Part shown: positions 30,335-40,072 of the stretch, in pieces
Numbering within the stretch: the first letter of the stretch is position 1
Layout of the letters: every line of letters begins with the position of its first letter
Source of the DNA: a bacterium
Lineage (GTDB): Bacteria > Zhuqueibacterota > Zhuqueibacteria > Residuimicrobiales > Krinioviventaceae
Direction: 5' to 3'
NCBI GenBank assembly: GCA_963675755.2
Contig: CAXXMD010000003.1
Span: 3,488,001-3,552,000, forward strand
Length of the DNA stretch: 64,000 nt
The notes under the pieces: generated by a model
The model's database searches: none
Seen by the model: the letters and a program-made list of their open reading frames with translations, nothing else
What the model was told of the DNA's origin: nothing
Translations under genes and position numbers: made by a program

Positions 30335-30573
30335 AGGCATACATGATGCGTATCAAGGTCAATCCCCAGGCATTAGTCAAATTCACCAGTCTCTTGAGCA
30401 ACTCGTTACTGCTTTCAGCAAATGCCTTTTTACTGGGATCTGATATCCAAAGGCGGATACAGGAGAAAAAGACTGAAACCACTGCAAATCGTATCCAGAT
30501 TACAGCTGAAGCTGCAGCGGCAATCTCCGGCTTGGCTAAGGTCATCGTTCAGTCCATCGAGACGAACAAGTGA
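30331..30573 (+). CDS. Hypothetical protein
   Basis: Coupled on both sides (ATGA, GTGA). Confidence 0.6.
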   Translation: MKAYMMRIKVNPQALVKFTSLLSNSLLLSANAFLLGSDIQRRIQEKKTETTANRIQITAEAAAAISGLAKVIVQSIETNK

Positions 30574-31091
30574 GAGATGTAAAACTATTCGGAGAGCTGG
30601 ATCGTCGTGACATCGCGAATAATCTGTATTGTTATTACTGTGGTAATACCAATCAATGGCAGATAGATATCCGGGTGAGATTCCTCGTCGAAAACGTAGA
30701 CGATGGCATCACATTTCAGATGGATCCGATTCGATCTCAGCGTCTACTCGATGCAGTGCAACGCAATGTCAACCGCATGATAAATCATTCCAACATCGAT
30801 GCAAAGCCGATATTCCATTGTGCCAATTGCGGCAACAATGAACTGGAAATCTTTGAAGCGATGCAGGAGAATTGCTGGAACATTGGGTGCCCTGGATGTG
30901 ATCACTGCTGTAACTGGATCGATGAAGATGAGTTACGGGATCTATGTCTCGAATGCATCGAACATCACAAGGGTGAAGTGGATGATGAGCATTGTTTCAA
31001 CCTGTGTCCGCATTACGATTTCGGGCTGGAACAGGTGCGGAATCACTATGCGATCACACTGGAAGAGTTGATACGTGAAGCGGGGTATTGA
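30570..31091 (+). CDS. Cys-rich putative zinc-binding protein
   Basis: CYYC, CANC, CPGCDHCC, CLEC, CFNLC. Confidence 0.75.
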   Translation: MRDVKLFGELDRRDIANNLYCYYCGNTNQWQIDIRVRFLVENVDDGITFQMDPIRSQRLLDAVQRNVNRMINHSNIDAKPIFHCANCGNNELEIFEAMQENCWNIGCPGCDHCCNWIDEDELRDLCLECIEHHKGEVDDEHCFNLCPHYDFGLEQVRNHYAITLEELIREAGY

Positions 31092-31122
31092 TGTTGGGTA
31101 GCGTATCACGATGCACCAAACC

Positions 31123-31156
31123 AAAAAGGCTGATGGATTTTCCATCGGCCTTTTTT
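31123..31156. terminator. Bidirectional intrinsic terminator-like hairpin
   Basis: AAAAAGGCTGATGGA-TTT-TCCATCGGCCTTTTTT. Confidence 0.65.
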
Positions 31157-31175
31157 ATTTAAAGGAGGTGATGTT

Positions 31176-32096
31176 TTGCGTGATGATGAACTACGGTCAA
31201 CGAAGGACCGTCCCGGCTGGCTCTTGCCTTACCTCTTCGCTCTTGATGAAATGTTCTATGGCCGATGGGAGTACTGGCTGCAAGCGGTCATGACGGACCA
31301 AATACCAAAGGAACCTATTCCCCTTATCCACTTTGAACCATCGATGAACTATTCACAGAAACAAGTTCGAAATAACATCGATGCTTGCCTTAGCTACGCT
31401 GAACATTCACATAGCAATGTACTGGAAAAGTTCATTGATTGGATATTATGGGGACTCAACTATCGACACAATGTTGATGTTACCAACATCGATGCAAAGA
31501 CTGATGATTATTGGTACCGGACATTCAACCTTGGATTATTCTACACAGAACCTGCAGATCATTTTGCCGATGTTGCCGCTGATAAAAGAGTCGGTATCGG
31601 AACCGGGTTCTTTCCAACGCCATCGTCAGTAACTGAAATGATGGTCAGGATGAACTTTGGAGATAAACCGTCGCACCAACACAAGCGATTAAGTGTCTGT
31701 GATCCGTGCTGCGGGACCGGCATCATGCTGTTACATGCTTCCAATTACTCATTGAATATGTATGGGATCGATATTCATCCATTGATATACAAAATCGCAT
31801 TGGTGAACAGTTACATCTACGTCCCATGGCTGGCGTATCGTCCAAAGGGCATCGGGATGTTTGATAAGCAGGATGCAATTCGCAAGCTTGAACTGCCGAC
31901 TGGAATCGTCGTTCTTGAGTGTAAAAGATGCGGAAACCATCAGGACTTCATCATGGAGTTGGAAACTGCATGTGAACTTATAGGTGATTCCGGTTTGTGG
32001 CAAATAAACCAGTCGTCAATATCACAGGACATCGTGAACAGAAAGCTTGTTCCTGAAAACATCAGTTGTGCGATGTGCGGAAAGGAGGAAAATTGA
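31176..32096 (+). CDS. N6-adenine DNA methylase-like protein (SAM-binding half only) with C-terminal Zn ribbon
   Basis: FFPTP, VCDPCCGTGIMLL, YGIDI; no NPPY/F motif seen; CKRC..CAMC. Confidence 0.75.
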   Translation: MRDDELRSTKDRPGWLLPYLFALDEMFYGRWEYWLQAVMTDQIPKEPIPLIHFEPSMNYSQKQVRNNIDACLSYAEHSHSNVLEKFIDWILWGLNYRHNVDVTNIDAKTDDYWYRTFNLGLFYTEPADHFADVAADKRVGIGTGFFPTPSSVTEMMVRMNFGDKPSHQHKRLSVCDPCCGTGIMLLHASNYSLNMYGIDIHPLIYKIALVNSYIYVPWLAYRPKGIGMFDKQDAIRKLELPTGIVVLECKRCGNHQDFIMELETACELIGDSGLWQINQSSISQDIVNRKLVPENISCAMCGKEEN

Positions 32097-32359
32097 AGAT
32101 ACAATGCAGTAAATGTAATAATAAAAAGAAATTCACGATGCCGATGTGGGTGCGTGCAACCTTCCGGTTCAATGAAGACGGCACCATCGCAATTCTGCAT
32201 ACCACTCCGCTGGAGAGCATCGAAGAAAAGCTGGTGGGTCAGAGACAGAATCCGATGTTAAAATGCGCGGTATGTGGAGCAGCGGCAGAGATTGAGTTTA
32301 ATGAATATGAACAAAAGGATACCGAGGCATCGCAGCTGAAAGCTCTGGAGGTGATATGA
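32093..32359 (+). CDS. Zn-ribbon protein
   Basis: GGAGG RBS, TTG start; CSKC..CAVC. Confidence 0.7.
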   Translation: MKIQCSKCNNKKKFTMPMWVRATFRFNEDGTIAILHTTPLESIEEKLVGQRQNPMLKCAVCGAAAEIEFNEYEQKDTEASQLKALEVI

Positions 32360-33174
32360 GTGAGAATTATAAAAAAGAGATTATGGACTACATCAAAGAT
32401 GAAGTGAACAAGTGGATCGATGTCGTCAAAAAGAAATATCCGGACAAGCTCATCACCCGGCAATGGCAGATTCTCTTTCCTAAAGGTTATGTTTCAGGAA
32501 ACAACACGATGCCGGTAGTTACGGGTTGCAAAGACGGCAAGTACCTCATCGGTGAAGTGCAGTTTGTACTCCCCACGAACCTGGATTTGTCTTTGGACGA
32601 TGTCGAGTTAGTTTTGAAAGAAGAACCCTATGTGGATGTTCGGGATGGTAAAACAGAGTCTGATCAGCATCGTGGTGCGATGGCACTGGATGATTCCATC
32701 GATATCTTGAATCACGTTGTATGCAGTATCAATGACTTTATCAACAGTTTAAAGATCACGGTACCGGGTTCTACACAGCTGTCGATGTTTTCAACTCAAG
32801 GCTTCGGCATGAAGAGTACAGGCAAAGTTAAAACAGTCATCGGCCAGTCAACAGGTGATATCAAACAGCACATCGAGTCATCTCCTCATCTGCCATCGTG
32901 GATCAAGGACATCGAATCCAGAAAGGTCTATGACGAACTCATTGAAAAACTCACCGGTGCGTATCAACAGTATGGCAATGGGGACATTGGTGATTTCTTT
33001 AAAAAGTATGAACAGCACCTCAAGAATCATGGTCACCTGCACTATTTCTGCAAATACAAAGGAAAGATTGTGATTCTGGATGAACGTGAGCATTGCACCG
33101 AATCGTACTGTAGCAAGAAGCCTTACAATTCACCATGCTCTGTGCCTGTGTTAAGATTTGGAGGAGAATCATGA
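32356..33174 (+). CDS. Hypothetical protein
   Basis: GGAGGT RBS, coupled start; His/Cys-rich C-terminus. Confidence 0.7.
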   Translation: MSENYKKEIMDYIKDEVNKWIDVVKKKYPDKLITRQWQILFPKGYVSGNNTMPVVTGCKDGKYLIGEVQFVLPTNLDLSLDDVELVLKEEPYVDVRDGKTESDQHRGAMALDDSIDILNHVVCSINDFINSLKITVPGSTQLSMFSTQGFGMKSTGKVKTVIGQSTGDIKQHIESSPHLPSWIKDIESRKVYDELIEKLTGAYQQYGNGDIGDFFKKYEQHLKNHGHLHYFCKYKGKIVILDEREHCTESYCSKKPYNSPCSVPVLRFGGES

Positions 33175-34247
33175 TAAATGTATTCAAAAAGTTTGTACCG
33201 ATGGCCGACAAAATCGTGCCGAGAAGGACCTCGCTGGAGATCCTCCGCAATGTCTGTGTCAGGGATGGTTACATCACTGCAACGGACCTTGACTTGACGA
33301 TAAGAATGAAAACAGACGATTCACGTGAGTACCTGTTACCCATCGGCATTGTAAAAACCGTATTGAAAGCAAAGCCAAGAAGTATTGAAGTTATTACTGA
33401 CATTGCGGGGAAAACACGCATCGACTATGACAACAAATCGGTGTCGTTTCCGGAGGTTGAAATGAATGATTATCCAGCAATGGACTATGGAGAAACAAAG
33501 CCATTGGGAATCTGGACTAAAGATGCCATCAACTGTTTATATCAACAGGTACCCTACTGCAGTGACGATGATCTGCGTCCTGCCTTGCAAGGCGTGTATG
33601 TGAACCAGAACGGCAAGTTTTCTTCCTGTGCCACGGACGGTCATGTGTTGCGATACGTTGCAAATGTAGAGAACCATAATAATAAACTTGTCAAGTTCGA
33701 AGGTATCGTTCCTAAGCGTGTGTTAATGCTGCTGCCCAGGATGGTAAAAGAATCAGTATCCGTGTCTATGTCTGACGAGTGTTATCATTTCATTGTAGAT
33801 GATGAAATCGAACTCATCTCACGCAAAGTCGAGGCAACGTATCCGAACTTTATGCGTCTGTTTCCGGAAGATTACATTGGTATGATATCTCTGGACAAGA
33901 ACCGGTTCCTAAGACTGGCCTACGCAGCAAAGGATTTTGCAGTAAAAAAGACAATGTGCTCTATCCTGGATATCAAAAACAAAGAGATCACAATGTCTGT
34001 GGAGAACGTCGATGTCGGTACAGAATGGCAGTCAGCAATGCCGGTCGAGATGAAAAAAAACAAGCCTATGCGCATCGGGTTCAACATCACCAAGCTGGAA
34101 AAGGTTCTTGGAAGCATCGATAGTGACGTAGCTACATGGAAGTATAACGATGCAAATTCCGCGATGATTGTCATCGATGATGATCACGATGATGTAACCA
34201 GTCTGATCATGCCCATCCGCATCGCCGAAGAGGTGTCAGATGGATAA
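33171..34247 (+). CDS. dnaN: DNA polymerase III beta sliding-clamp homolog (element-encoded)
   Basis: ATDLD, DYP, RPALQGV, ATDGHVL, YPNF, IGFN, LIMPIR. Confidence 0.85.
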   Translation: MINVFKKFVPMADKIVPRRTSLEILRNVCVRDGYITATDLDLTIRMKTDDSREYLLPIGIVKTVLKAKPRSIEVITDIAGKTRIDYDNKSVSFPEVEMNDYPAMDYGETKPLGIWTKDAINCLYQQVPYCSDDDLRPALQGVYVNQNGKFSSCATDGHVLRYVANVENHNNKLVKFEGIVPKRVLMLLPRMVKESVSVSMSDECYHFIVDDEIELISRKVEATYPNFMRLFPEDYIGMISLDKNRFLRLAYAAKDFAVKKTMCSILDIKNKEITMSVENVDVGTEWQSAMPVEMKKNKPMRIGFNITKLEKVLGSIDSDVATWKYNDANSAMIVIDDDHDDVTSLIMPIRIAEEVSDG

Positions 34248-35022
34248 TGTTATCGTAGATAAACCGGAACGGCTGGATCAGGACATCGAGGACTTCAAGA
34301 TCGATGCAGTTGAGGATGAAAAGAACTTTACGGTAGCCAGACTGCGTGTTTGCCGGGACCCTGAAAAAGAAACTCCGGTGATCTTTTACACCCAGGAGCT
34401 GAACCGGAATTTTAAGGACCCGACGGATCCCATGGGTAAACGATACCTGATTAAAAGCTTTACTCCCTCCAATGCGATGGCTTCCATCGATACATCTCTT
34501 GAACGGAAATTCGGAGATACGATGCTTGCTCACAAACCCAGGATCAGAGACTACTCCCCTCTCACTGACATTCACAGTTCCACGATGAACCTGTTCCTGG
34601 ATGATGAATCTGCAACCTACCTGAGTGACATCGGGGTCAATATCAATGGATTAGGTGAGGATTTTCAATCGATGGAGTCCGTAGAAGCTACACCATACAT
34701 GGAAGATGTATCGATGGGTGCGGAGCAAATCAAGTCAGAGCTGAGACAGTATCAAGTTGAGTTGAGAAAAGTGAAATTGCAAATGGCTGAAGAAATCAAA
34801 GGGTTAGTGGATGTTGATGTTGATGCAGATGATGACGAGTTTAATCAAATTATTGCAATGCATCGGGTATCAGATTATCTGGTTCAGCGGTATCTTGCTG
34901 GTGTAGAACGGATCCATGAATTGAAAACTCAGCTTGGCCAGGCAACGGATGCAGTTTTCTCTGAAACCAAAATCAGGATCAGACTACCGCCGAGATTGAA
35001 CATCGATGGGTTTACACTATGA
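34240..35022 (+). CDS. Hypothetical acidic protein
   Basis: 260-aa ORF with GAGG RBS overlapping the clamp gene stop. Confidence 0.7.
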   Translation: MDNVIVDKPERLDQDIEDFKIDAVEDEKNFTVARLRVCRDPEKETPVIFYTQELNRNFKDPTDPMGKRYLIKSFTPSNAMASIDTSLERKFGDTMLAHKPRIRDYSPLTDIHSSTMNLFLDDESATYLSDIGVNINGLGEDFQSMESVEATPYMEDVSMGAEQIKSELRQYQVELRKVKLQMAEEIKGLVDVDVDADDDEFNQIIAMHRVSDYLVQRYLAGVERIHELKTQLGQATDAVFSETKIRIRLPPRLNIDGFTL

Positions 35023-35182
35023 CGTCATTGGGCTGTGATTGTATCTTTTAACCAGGTACATATCATGTTGTGAAATGTACCGATGGGTTTGAGGAATCCT
35101 GGGCCGTTAAATAAATGATTGAAGGATCAAACGATACCGGGACGCATATGGGGGATGTGTTCCGGTTAACGATGGAGGTGAA

Positions 35183-35470
35183 ATGATTAAAGTCTATGTC
35201 TATGGCAGGATCGATTTGAGCCATAGGGATGAAAAATCGGAGTATCAATTGATCAGTGCATCACTGGTTGAAAAATTCAAAGACAAAGAAACCGAGTTGC
35301 CTGTTGTTGTAGCTATTTCTAAAAAGGAAAAAGGTAGTGATATCGTGTACTGCGTTCCCCTCGAGGATTATGGTTGTGAAGGTGCTGAGCACTGCGGCTT
35401 GTTCGTTTGGACGCCAGATGAGAGGTTCCTGGGTATGAATCCTTTACCATTACATACAGTTGAAAGGTAA
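35183..35470 (+). CDS. Hypothetical protein
   Basis: GGAGGTG RBS; followed by terminator. Confidence 0.65.
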   Translation: MIKVYVYGRIDLSHRDEKSEYQLISASLVEKFKDKETELPVVVAISKKEKGSDIVYCVPLEDYGCEGAEHCGLFVWTPDERFLGMNPLPLHTVER

Positions 35471-35471
35471 G

Positions 35472-35498
35472 AAAAAAGAGGAGTTTTTCCTCTTTTTT
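35472..35498 (+). terminator. Intrinsic terminator
   Basis: AAAAAAGAGGA-GTTTT-TCCTCTTTTTT. Confidence 0.65.
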
Positions 35499-35743
35499 AG
35501 CTAAGGTTTTACCTATGCTTTTTTCGAGGTGATATTTTTTGTATGTGGCTGTAATTATTGAACTTGATTTTTTTAAAGCTCGAATTTAGGTATGGATTTT
35601 GTTCGAAAAAAGATATGGTTTTATTAAACAATTTATTACACTTTTTATCATACACGTTTTAAATCCTTTGATAATTAAAACATTCTTAATTATATTATTT
35701 TACCTCAATAAAAATAAAATTTGTTTTCTTATAAAGGACCTTC

Positions 35744-38176
35744 ATGGCAGTCAAGAAATCCGAATTATACAGTTCACTATGGGCCAGTTGTGATGAACTA
35801 CGTGGTGGTATGGATGCAAGCCAGTACAAAGATTATGTGCTGGTTTTGTTGTTTATAAAATATGTAAGTGATAAATATACAGGAATACCTTTCGCTCCAA
35901 TAACAATTCCTCCAGGCGCCAGTTTCAAGGACATGATAGCCCTCAAGGGCAAGCCCTCCATCGGGGATGATATCAATAAAAAGATCATCGAACCTATTGC
36001 AGATGCCAACAAATTATCTGGAATGCCGGACTTTAACGATCCCAACAAACTGGGCAGAGATAAAGAGATGGTTGATCGACTGACTAAGCTAATTGCTATC
36101 TTTGAAAATCCTGCACTGGATTTCAGTAAAAACCGCGCCGAGGGCGATGATATCCTGGGAGACGCATATGAGTACCTTATGCGCAACTTTGCTACAGAAA
36201 GCGGTAAAAGTAAAGGTCAATTCTACACACCTGCTGAAGTAAGCCGTATTATGGCCAAGATCATAGGAATTCATGAAGCCAAAACTACAGGCGACACCAT
36301 AGCTTATGATCCAACCTGCGGATCAGGTTCGCTTCTGCTAAAAGTAGCAGATGAGGCTGAAGCTGCAATATCATTATATGGTCAGGAAAAAGATTCTGCA
36401 ACAGCCGGTTTGGCTCGTATGAATATGATACTTCATGGCAATCCTACTGCTGAAATTAAACAAGGTAATACCCTCGCAAATCCTTTATTTATGAACGATC
36501 AGGGGACCTTGAAAACATTTGATTATGTCGTTGCAAATCCGCCTTTTAGCGATAAAGGTTGGACCAGTGGTGTGGACCCCGAAAGCGATCCACACAATCG
36601 TTTTCATGATTTCTGTACCCCACCCGCCAAGAATGGAGATTACGCGTTTCTTTTGCACATAATCCGCTCTCTGAAAAGCAAAGGCAAAGGTGCATGTATC
36701 CTTCCGCATGGAGTTTTGTTCCGTGGTAATGCCGAAGCGGAAATCCGCAAGAACCTGGTTCAAAAGGGGTATATCAAGGGTATCATTGGTTTACCCGCCA
36801 ACTTGTTTTATGGTACCGGAATACCCGCCTGTATCATTGTAATGGATAAGGAATATGCCGCAAGCCGCAAGGGCATATTTATGATAGATGCCGGCAAAGG
36901 ATTCATGAAAGACGGCAACAAGAACCGTCTGCGCAGTATGGATATACATAAAATTGTAGATGTGTTTAATAAAGTATTAGAAATCGAAAAATACTCGCGC
37001 ATGGTCCCCTTTACCGAGATCGAAGCCAATGAGTATAATTTAAACATACCCCGTTATATCGACAGCCATGAAGAAGAAGATATTCAGGACCTTGAAGCCC
37101 ACTTGCGTGGCGGTATTCCCGTAAGGGATATAGAAAACCTGAATGAGTATTGGCAGGTTTATCCTGACTTGAAAAATGTTCTGTTCAAAGCCAATGGACG
37201 GGAAAGCTATCGGGATCTGAATATACCCAAAGAAGAGATCAAAACCACCATTTTCAACCACCGTGAATTCAAAGCATATAACAAACAAATGAATGAGGTT
37301 TTTGCTCAGTGGCAAACCGAAACAGACCAATATGTTAAAGCATTGGTTAAGGGATTGAAACCCAAACAGGTTATTTTTGACATCTCGGAAAACATTTTAA
37401 AAGCCTATGATAACCGGGCCCTTGTGAGTAAATATAATATGTACCAGCACCTGATGGATTACTGGTCTGAAACCATGCAGGATGACTTGCATGAAATAGC
37501 TGTGGATGGCTGGCAAGCTGGCAAAGAAGTCAAACGTAAATTGAGGGATACAATTAGAGGGAAAAAAGAAGTCACCGGCATTGACGGTCTGGAAGCCCGT
37601 CTCATTCCTCCCATGTTGATCATTCAGGAATACTTTGCAAAAGAACAGCAAGCCATTGACGATTTACAGAGTAAACTGGAAGCCCAGACCGCTGAGATGG
37701 AAGAAATTCGTGAAGAACATGGCGACGAAGAAGGCTTACTCGTTAATGCCTTGGATGATAAAGGTAATATCACCAAAGGCAGTCTAAACAAGGCCATTAA
37801 AGAACTGGGAAAACACATTGATGAAAATGCGGAAGAGTTTGATAGACTGCATGAATATAAAAAACTGATGGATCAGGAAGCCGAAATCAAAGCAGAGATC
37901 AAAAAGGCCTATGAAGAGCTGGAACAATTAGTAGTTGAAAAATATCCTGTGTTGAATATTGATGAAATCAAAACCCTGGTGGTAGACAGAAAATGGATGC
38001 AAGAGCTTGAAAAACGTATCACCACTGAACTGGAAAACATCAGTCACCGCCTGAACCAGCGTATTCGTGAACTGGCAGAACGATATGAAACACCTTTACC
38101 ACAACTTGATGATGAGATAAAAGAACTGACTGAAAAAGTAGAACAGCATTTGAAACAGATGGGTTTGGAATGGTGA
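35744..38176 (+). CDS. hsdM: Type I RM methyltransferase subunit
   Basis: LWASCDELRGGMD, GQFYTP, DPTCGSGS, VANPPF, LPHGVLFRG. Confidence 0.95.
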   Translation: MAVKKSELYSSLWASCDELRGGMDASQYKDYVLVLLFIKYVSDKYTGIPFAPITIPPGASFKDMIALKGKPSIGDDINKKIIEPIADANKLSGMPDFNDPNKLGRDKEMVDRLTKLIAIFENPALDFSKNRAEGDDILGDAYEYLMRNFATESGKSKGQFYTPAEVSRIMAKIIGIHEAKTTGDTIAYDPTCGSGSLLLKVADEAEAAISLYGQEKDSATAGLARMNMILHGNPTAEIKQGNTLANPLFMNDQGTLKTFDYVVANPPFSDKGWTSGVDPESDPHNRFHDFCTPPAKNGDYAFLLHIIRSLKSKGKGACILPHGVLFRGNAEAEIRKNLVQKGYIKGIIGLPANLFYGTGIPACIIVMDKEYAASRKGIFMIDAGKGFMKDGNKNRLRSMDIHKIVDVFNKVLEIEKYSRMVPFTEIEANEYNLNIPRYIDSHEEEDIQDLEAHLRGGIPVRDIENLNEYWQVYPDLKNVLFKANGRESYRDLNIPKEEIKTTIFNHREFKAYNKQMNEVFAQWQTETDQYVKALVKGLKPKQVIFDISENILKAYDNRALVSKYNMYQHLMDYWSETMQDDLHEIAVDGWQAGKEVKRKLRDTIRGKKEVTGIDGLEARLIPPMLIIQEYFAKEQQAIDDLQSKLEAQTAEMEEIREEHGDEEGLLVNALDDKGNITKGSLNKAIKELGKHIDENAEEFDRLHEYKKLMDQEAEIKAEIKKAYEELEQLVVEKYPVLNIDEIKTLVVDRKWMQELEKRITTELENISHRLNQRIRELAERYETPLPQLDDEIKELTEKVEQHLKQMGLEW

Positions 38177-40044
38177 TTGACATGATAATTCAAAATACAG
38201 ATGATTTTAATACAACAGAAATGATAAGTAATTATGACTGGAAATTAGTTAATATTACAGAAGTATTATCCAAAAATAATGGAATTAAAATAGGTCCATT
38301 TGGAAGCCAATTGAAAAGGGAACTTCTAACAACTACTGGTTATAAAGTCTATGGACAAGAAAATGTTTATGAAAATGATTTTGAAATAGGAACTAGATAT
38401 ATTTCTAAAGAACACTTTCAAAAACTTAACTCGTGTGAATTAAATGATGGTGACTTTGTAATCTCTATGATGGGTACAATCGGTAAATGTAGTATAATAC
38501 CTAAAAATTTTGAACCTGGGATAATGGATAGTCATTTAATTAGGTTAAGACTTGATAGTAACAAAATTGACTCTAATTTATTACTACATTTCTTTTCTTC
38601 TAATCATTTGAACAAACAAATTAAAAGATTATCTGTTGGTGGTATTATGGAGGGATTAAGTTCTAAAATAATAAAACAATTGATGATCCCCCTCCCCCCA
38701 ACCAAAGCCGAACAAACCGCCATTGCAACCGCTCTGAGTGATGTTGACGCACTCATCAATAGCCTGGAAAAACTCATTAATAAAAAGAAAGCCATCAAGC
38801 AAGGAGCAATGCAAGAGTTATTGAAACCGAAAGAAGGATGGAAAATAACAACACTTGAGAGTGAAATTGATTTGCTAACAGGCTACCCTTTTCAAAGCAA
38901 TCAATACGTTAATAATGGTATTAGATTGTTAAGATGTTCTAACATCAAAAGAAATTATATAGATTGGAATGAAGATATTACTAAGAGTTGGAGTAAAGTG
39001 ACAAGGGAGCTTGAAAAATATTTATTAAATGAAAGCGATATAGTAATTGCTATGGATGGATCACTTGTTGGTAAAAGCTTTGGACAGATTACTAAAAAAG
39101 ATTTACCATCATTGTTATTGCAACGTGTAGCTAGAATTCGATCAAAAACAATAGATATGAAATACTTGAAAGAATATATTTGTAGTGATTTTTTCACTAA
39201 ATATTGTGATAGCATAAAAACAGCTTCTGCGATACCTCATATTAGCCCCAAAGATATTAATAATTTCACAATAAGCTTTCCATTAGAACTTTCAGAACAA
39301 AAAAAAATAGCAAATACCCTCAATGATATGAATGAAGAAATAATTTTTCTCGAAAAAAAGATTGAAAAACAAAAAATGATCAAACAAGGCATGATGCAAA
39401 ACTTGTTAACGGGGAGGATTCGAATAATACAAGAAACGCCTGTAATTAATAATGTAATTTCAATTGAAGAAGGGAAAAATAATAATCATAATTGGCAATA
39501 TAATGAAGCAGTAGTGATTGCTGTATTAGCTAAAAAATTTGGAACTTATAAATTCCCTTTAACACGATTTAGATATACAAAATTTTCGTATTTATTGCAC
39601 CGATATATGGATGAATCAATTGACAGCTATATGAAAAAAGCTGCTGGTCCGTACAATCCTAAAACCAGATACAAAGGGCCTGAAAAAATTGCTATTCAAA
39701 AAAAATATATTAAAATTCATAAAACCGACAAATCAACTGGCTTTCTTTGTTCAGAAAATATTCCTGAAGCAGAATCTTACTTTGAAAAATGGTATGGAAT
39801 AAAAATATTAGATTGGCTTGAACAATTTCATTATGAAACAAATGATAGTTTAGAACTATTGACTACAGTAGATAAAGCAATACTGGAAATTAAAGAAAAT
39901 CAAGATAACATGAGTGTGAGTTCAGTTAAAAGCATAATCAAGAATTCTGAAGAATGGAAACCTAAATTAGAGCGAACAATATTTTCTGATTTTAATATTG
40001 AGCAAGCAATTCATAAAATCGATCAACTTTTTAGCATTAATTAA
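38170..40044 (+). CDS. hsdS: Type I RM specificity subunit with ~200-aa C-terminal extension
   Basis: GPFGS TRD, PLPPTKAEQTAIATALSD..KQGAMQELL, EQKKIA..KQGMMQNLLTGRIR. Confidence 0.92.
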   Translation: MVIDMIIQNTDDFNTTEMISNYDWKLVNITEVLSKNNGIKIGPFGSQLKRELLTTTGYKVYGQENVYENDFEIGTRYISKEHFQKLNSCELNDGDFVISMMGTIGKCSIIPKNFEPGIMDSHLIRLRLDSNKIDSNLLLHFFSSNHLNKQIKRLSVGGIMEGLSSKIIKQLMIPLPPTKAEQTAIATALSDVDALINSLEKLINKKKAIKQGAMQELLKPKEGWKITTLESEIDLLTGYPFQSNQYVNNGIRLLRCSNIKRNYIDWNEDITKSWSKVTRELEKYLLNESDIVIAMDGSLVGKSFGQITKKDLPSLLLQRVARIRSKTIDMKYLKEYICSDFFTKYCDSIKTASAIPHISPKDINNFTISFPLELSEQKKIANTLNDMNEEIIFLEKKIEKQKMIKQGMMQNLLTGRIRIIQETPVINNVISIEEGKNNNHNWQYNEAVVIAVLAKKFGTYKFPLTRFRYTKFSYLLHRYMDESIDSYMKKAAGPYNPKTRYKGPEKIAIQKKYIKIHKTDKSTGFLCSENIPEAESYFEKWYGIKILDWLEQFHYETNDSLELLTTVDKAILEIKENQDNMSVSSVKSIIKNSEEWKPKLERTIFSDFNIEQAIHKIDQLFSIN

Positions 40045-40072
40045 TATTTCTATCGGGGAGAATCTTAAAGAT

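Noticed and set aside
38170-40044. Invertible hsdS shufflon driven by the serine recombinase
   Set aside because: Only one hsdS, with no silent TRD cassettes or inverted repeats seen.
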